Shown here: piece by piece, positions 59,255 through 64,000 of the stretch | Layout of the letters: each line of letters starts with the position of its first letter | Position numbering within the stretch: the stretch's first letter is position 1 | Assembly (NCBI GenBank): GCA_002269645.1 | Contig: NIVC01000254.1 | Coordinates: 496,001 to 560,000, forward strand | DNA length: 64,000 bases | Reading direction: 5' to 3' | Origin: Macrostomum lignano | Taxonomy: Eukaryota | Translations under genes and position numbers: made by a program | The notes under the pieces: model-generated | The model's input: the letters and a program-made list of their open reading frames with translations, nothing else | What the model was told of the DNA's origin: nothing | Databases searched by the model: none

Positions 59255-60120
59255 TCTGAGGGGAGGGGCAGCAGCCACTGAAGGATCTGAGGGGAGGGAA
59301 AGCAGTCCCTGAAGGATCTGAGGGGAGGGACAGCAGTCCCTGAAGGATCTGAGGGGAGGGGCAGCAGGCACTGAAGGATCTGAGGGGAGGGGCAGCAGGC
59401 ACTGAAGGATCTGAGGGGAGGGGCAGCAGGCACTGAAGGATCTTAGGGGAGGGGCAGCAGGCACTGAAGGATCTGAGGGGAGGGGCAGCAGGCACTGAAG
59501 GATCTGAGGGGAGGGGCAGCAGGCACTGAAGGATCTGAGGGGAGGGGCAGCAGGCACTGAAGGATCTGAGGGGAGGGGCAGCAGGCACTGAAGGATCTGA
59601 GGGGAGGGGCAGCAGGCACTGAAGGATCTGAGGGGAGGGGCAGCAGGCACTGAAGGATCTGAGGGGAGGGGCAGCAGGCACTGAAGGATCTGAGGGGAGG
59701 GGCAGCAGCCACTGAAGTATCTGAGGGGAGGGGCAGCAGGCACTGAAGGGTCTGAGGGGAGAGGGGCAGCAGCCACTGAAGGATCTGAGGGGGGCTGCAG
59801 CCACTGAAGGATCTGAGGGGAGGGGCAGCAGGCACTGAAGGATCTGAGGGGAGGGGCAGCAGGCACTGAAGGATCTGAGGGGAGGGGCAGCAGCCACTGA
59901 AGGATCTGAGGGGAGGGACAGCAGGCACTGAAGGATCTGAGGGGAGGGGCAGCAGTCCCTGAAGGAACTGAGGGGAGGGGCAGCAGGCACTGAAGGATCT
60001 GAGGGAGGGGCAGCAGCCACTGAAGGATCTGAGGGGAGGGGCAGCAGGCACTGAAGGATCTGAGGGGGGCAGCAGCCACTGAAGGATCTGAGGGGAGGGG
60101 CAGCAGGCACTGAAGGATCT
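59255..60120. repeat. 31-bp minisatellite CTGAAGGATCTGAGGGGAGGGGCAGCAGGCA
   Basis: Direct reading. Confidence 0.95.
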
Positions 60121-61139
60121 GAAAGGAGGTTAATTTCTCAGCCTCTGCCCTAGTAGCCTAACAGTGAGCTAGCATAGAAACGATTCACAATAGCGGGGCT
60201 GTCTGCATGCAGTCTGACTCAGATCAGACAATCTATGACTATAACGCCGCTATCTATAACATTGTCGGCTGATTTTCCATGCAAGAATGGCATTCTTGCA
60301 CTCTTTTGCGTGCAGGAATGGATGTCTATGGTAAAATCTCACTGAAAAAGCATTAGGCGCAGAAATGCATTCCTGCACGATGAATCATCCGACAATGGAA
60401 TTCCTTCACGTTCACTCGTGCGTGAAGGACATCGTGCACTCGTGCGCTAGCGCGCACTCGTGCAGATGTCATTCCCGCACTCGTGACCGTGCAGGAATAT
60501 ATCATTCTCGGATTTTAAGGGTTTCAAACAGTTGAACTTATAGTCTTCTAATCAAGAAGAGGCGCTTCATACAAAGGAAAAAAACCCTGTCACGTAGGTA
60601 AAGGCTTTAATCCGTGCTCACACCATTGCATCATCACATAATGGTCAAGTCATATTGAAATCGACTGAGTCAGTTAGTGAGGGATTACGCGTCAGGATAT
60701 AGAAGGGATTAAAGAAGACTATATATTTTGAGGTAGGTAAAAAAATTTTAGGCCCTTGTCTAATTTTTAGTTAAACTTCTGTGTTGCATTCATAATTCTA
60801 ATCGGAACTGAGACTAAAAATATGTTTGGCAACTTCTTACTCATATCGTATCTTAGCGCCATGCGGCATGTTACCAGTAACTATTGGTTGTATCTGCTTC
60901 CTTCTAGTTTTCGTGAGAATATTGCGCTGCCTCAGCTTATCTTATCTGAAACTTTTGTGTGCATACTATAGGGACGTCTGGAATCCTGGCATGGGCTGGA
61001 TGCATAATCTTTTGTGATTTCTAACTTTATTAATCTCACATACAGAACAGACAGTGAGAAGATAGGTGAGCAATGTTGCAGGAAATGCAATAATTGTAAA
61101 GCAGTTTGCTTGAATTCTAACAAACAGTGGAGTTTACTG

Positions 61140-61985
61140 AAGAGATGGAGAGGGGAGTGGAGAGACAGGGGAGATAGACAAGAGTGGCAAGAGTGCAAAA
61201 GTGGGACGGAGGGAAAAGGGAAAGAGGGGAAAGAGGGGAAGAGGTGGAGAGGGAAAGAGGGGAAGAGGGTAAATAGGAAAAGAGGAAGAGGGGAAAGAGG
61301 GGAAGAGGTGGAGAGGGAAAGAGGGGAAGAGGGGATGGGGAAATAGTGGAGTGGTTAGAGGGGAAAGAGGGGAAGAGGGGATGGGGAAATAGTGGAGTGG
61401 TTAGAGGGGAAAGAGGGGAAGAGGGGATGGGGAAATAGTGGAGTGGTTAGAGGGGAAAGAGGGGAAGAGGGGATGGGGAAATAGTGGAGTGGTTAGAGGG
61501 GAAAGAGGGGAAGAGGGGATGGGGAAATAGTGGAGTGGTTAGAGGGGAAAGAGGGGAAGAGGGGATGGGGAAATAGTGGAGTGGTTAGAGGGGAAAGAGG
61601 GGAAGAGGGTAAATAGTAAAAGGGAAAGAGGGAAAGAGGGGAAGAGGTGAAGAGGATAAAGATGAGGAGAGAAAAGAGAGGAAAGATTGAAAGAGGTGGA
61701 GAGGGAAAGAGGGGAAAGAGGGGAAGAGGGTAAATAGGAAAAGGGGAAGAGGGCAAAGAGGGGAAAGAGGGGAATGGGAAAGAGGGGATGAAGGTAAAGA
61801 GGAGACTGAGGGGAAGAGGGGTTAGAGAGGAAAGGGAAAAGAGGGGAAAGAGGGGAATGGGAAAGAGGGGATGAAGGTAAAGAGGAGACTGAGGGGAAGA
61901 GGGGTTAGAGAGGAAAGGGAAAAGAGGGGAAAGAGGGGAAAGAGGGGAGAGATCTTGATGGAGCAGGCAGGAAGATAAGAGAAAA
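61140..61985. repeat. Polypurine (GA-rich) repeat tract
   Basis: Direct reading. Confidence 0.9.
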
Positions 61986-62709
61986 AGGAAAAGAGAGAGA
62001 GCTAGAAAAGAGATTGCGTCGGAATGGAAGCTATCGCATTTCAATTGACAACAGGCTTTCCAATCCGAAAGCGTGTTACGATAAGAGTCCCTGGCCAGGC
62101 CTTATGAAAAAAATGGCTGGATTTCGAGGCACGGAAGCAAACAAGAGAAAAATGGCATAATCTATAAGCATAAGATAAACAAATAGAAGATCAAATGCTG
62201 AATAATTGCATGCCGGCCCCAAACGGTCAAACCGTGAAATATTAAAGCTTTCTACGATATAGTATAAGCTAAAATTTGAGCACAATATATGGGGCTATAA
62301 TGCAGAGTTACCGGGGGCATTGTAGACTCAATTTAATCACTCAAGTCTCTATAGGGTGGGTCCGAGCCCAAGCGGAGGGGGTGAAGCACATAATAACCTT
62401 TATGATTTGCTAAAAATGTCACTGTGGTTTATCGGTGCCATTATCATATCGGACTATACTCAAGTCACTGCGCGGTGTCAAGTGTTTGAGCACTCCAGAT
62501 ATTGAGCTCAGTAACCAGAATTGAACTTATCAGTTCAAGATATGCAATTGGTTTCGAGTATTTTGACTGCGTGCGCTCAAAAAGTTTATTAAGTTTTTTT
62601 AATCTGAGATTTTTTAAAGTCAATTACTGCAAAACTCGTATATTCAGGAATTGCATGGAGGATATACTCGTAATAGGATTCAGATATTAATGAAGACACA
62701 AAACATGCA

Positions 62710-63490
<781 letters not shown>

Positions 63491-64000
63491 GGAAAAAGCG
63501 GAGAGGGGTAGGGGTGAGAGTGGGAGAGATTGAGATGAGAGAAGTAGGAAGAGAGAATTAAGTAAGAAGAAGGTAAGGAAAGATCAAATACGTGAAGAGC
63601 TGAAGAAGAGACTGGGAGAAAAGCCAGAGCATAACTAAGAAAGCTTATCGTCTTAGCAAAAGAGTATAAGGACAAGAAGAAGACAATGGAATCGCAGTGA
63701 AGATCAACTCTCCAAGCTGTAGACAGGCAAGCATTGTTTACCCAACTCCAATCTGCCTATCAATCCAATTGTTTGTTTAAAAAAAGTTTATCAACCACGA
63801 CAAAAATGCGTTTTCATAAATTAATCTTTGTTTACGAGTATGGATATACGTTCCTATGAAACTTAACCGCAATATGCAAACAGCTATGGAAGAAGTGTGC
63901 CTTGTATATTATTACTATACTGAGCCCCCCCCCCCTGCGGCGTGGTGATTGCCATCTCGGGGTAAACTCCATATACGTATTAGCAATGACGCAACGATTC

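Noticed and set aside
59097-60110. 337- and 312-aa Pro-rich ORFs
   Set aside because: Translations of the 31-bp minisatellite.

Overview
Eukaryotic (animal, invertebrate-like) genomic window with spliced genes and repeat-inflated introns. Positions 1-10966 are the right part of a Polinton/Maverick (adintovirus-like) endogenous element. It carries a retroviral-type integrase, an adenain protease fragment, a packaging ATPase, two conserved small Polinton ORFs, a DEDD-like ORF, a divergent TATA-binding-protein (TBP) homologue, a convergent tandem PC4-like ORF, and an ACTACT terminus. The integrase appears split by a 111-nt spliceosomal intron. A complete 5016-bp P-element (four-exon THAP transposase, 8-bp TSD ATACGATA) has inserted into that intron, and the Polinton itself lies in an intron of host 5-oxoprolinase (OPLAH, minus strand, exons 1-7 at 12086-18976). 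Further right are a large secreted C-type-lectin/Sushi-like multidomain gene (minus, ATG 39265) and a divergently transcribed SNF1/AMPK-related, HUNK/MARK-like kinase (plus, from 42627). There are also several hAT-type MITEs, a tRNA-derived SINE and a different minisatellite in almost every intron. The most interesting candidate system is a Polinton-borne transcription module: TBP-like and PC4-like genes together with TATA boxes 35-53 nt upstream of most viral ORFs. All calls come from reading the sequence and from remembered family motifs; no database search was run.
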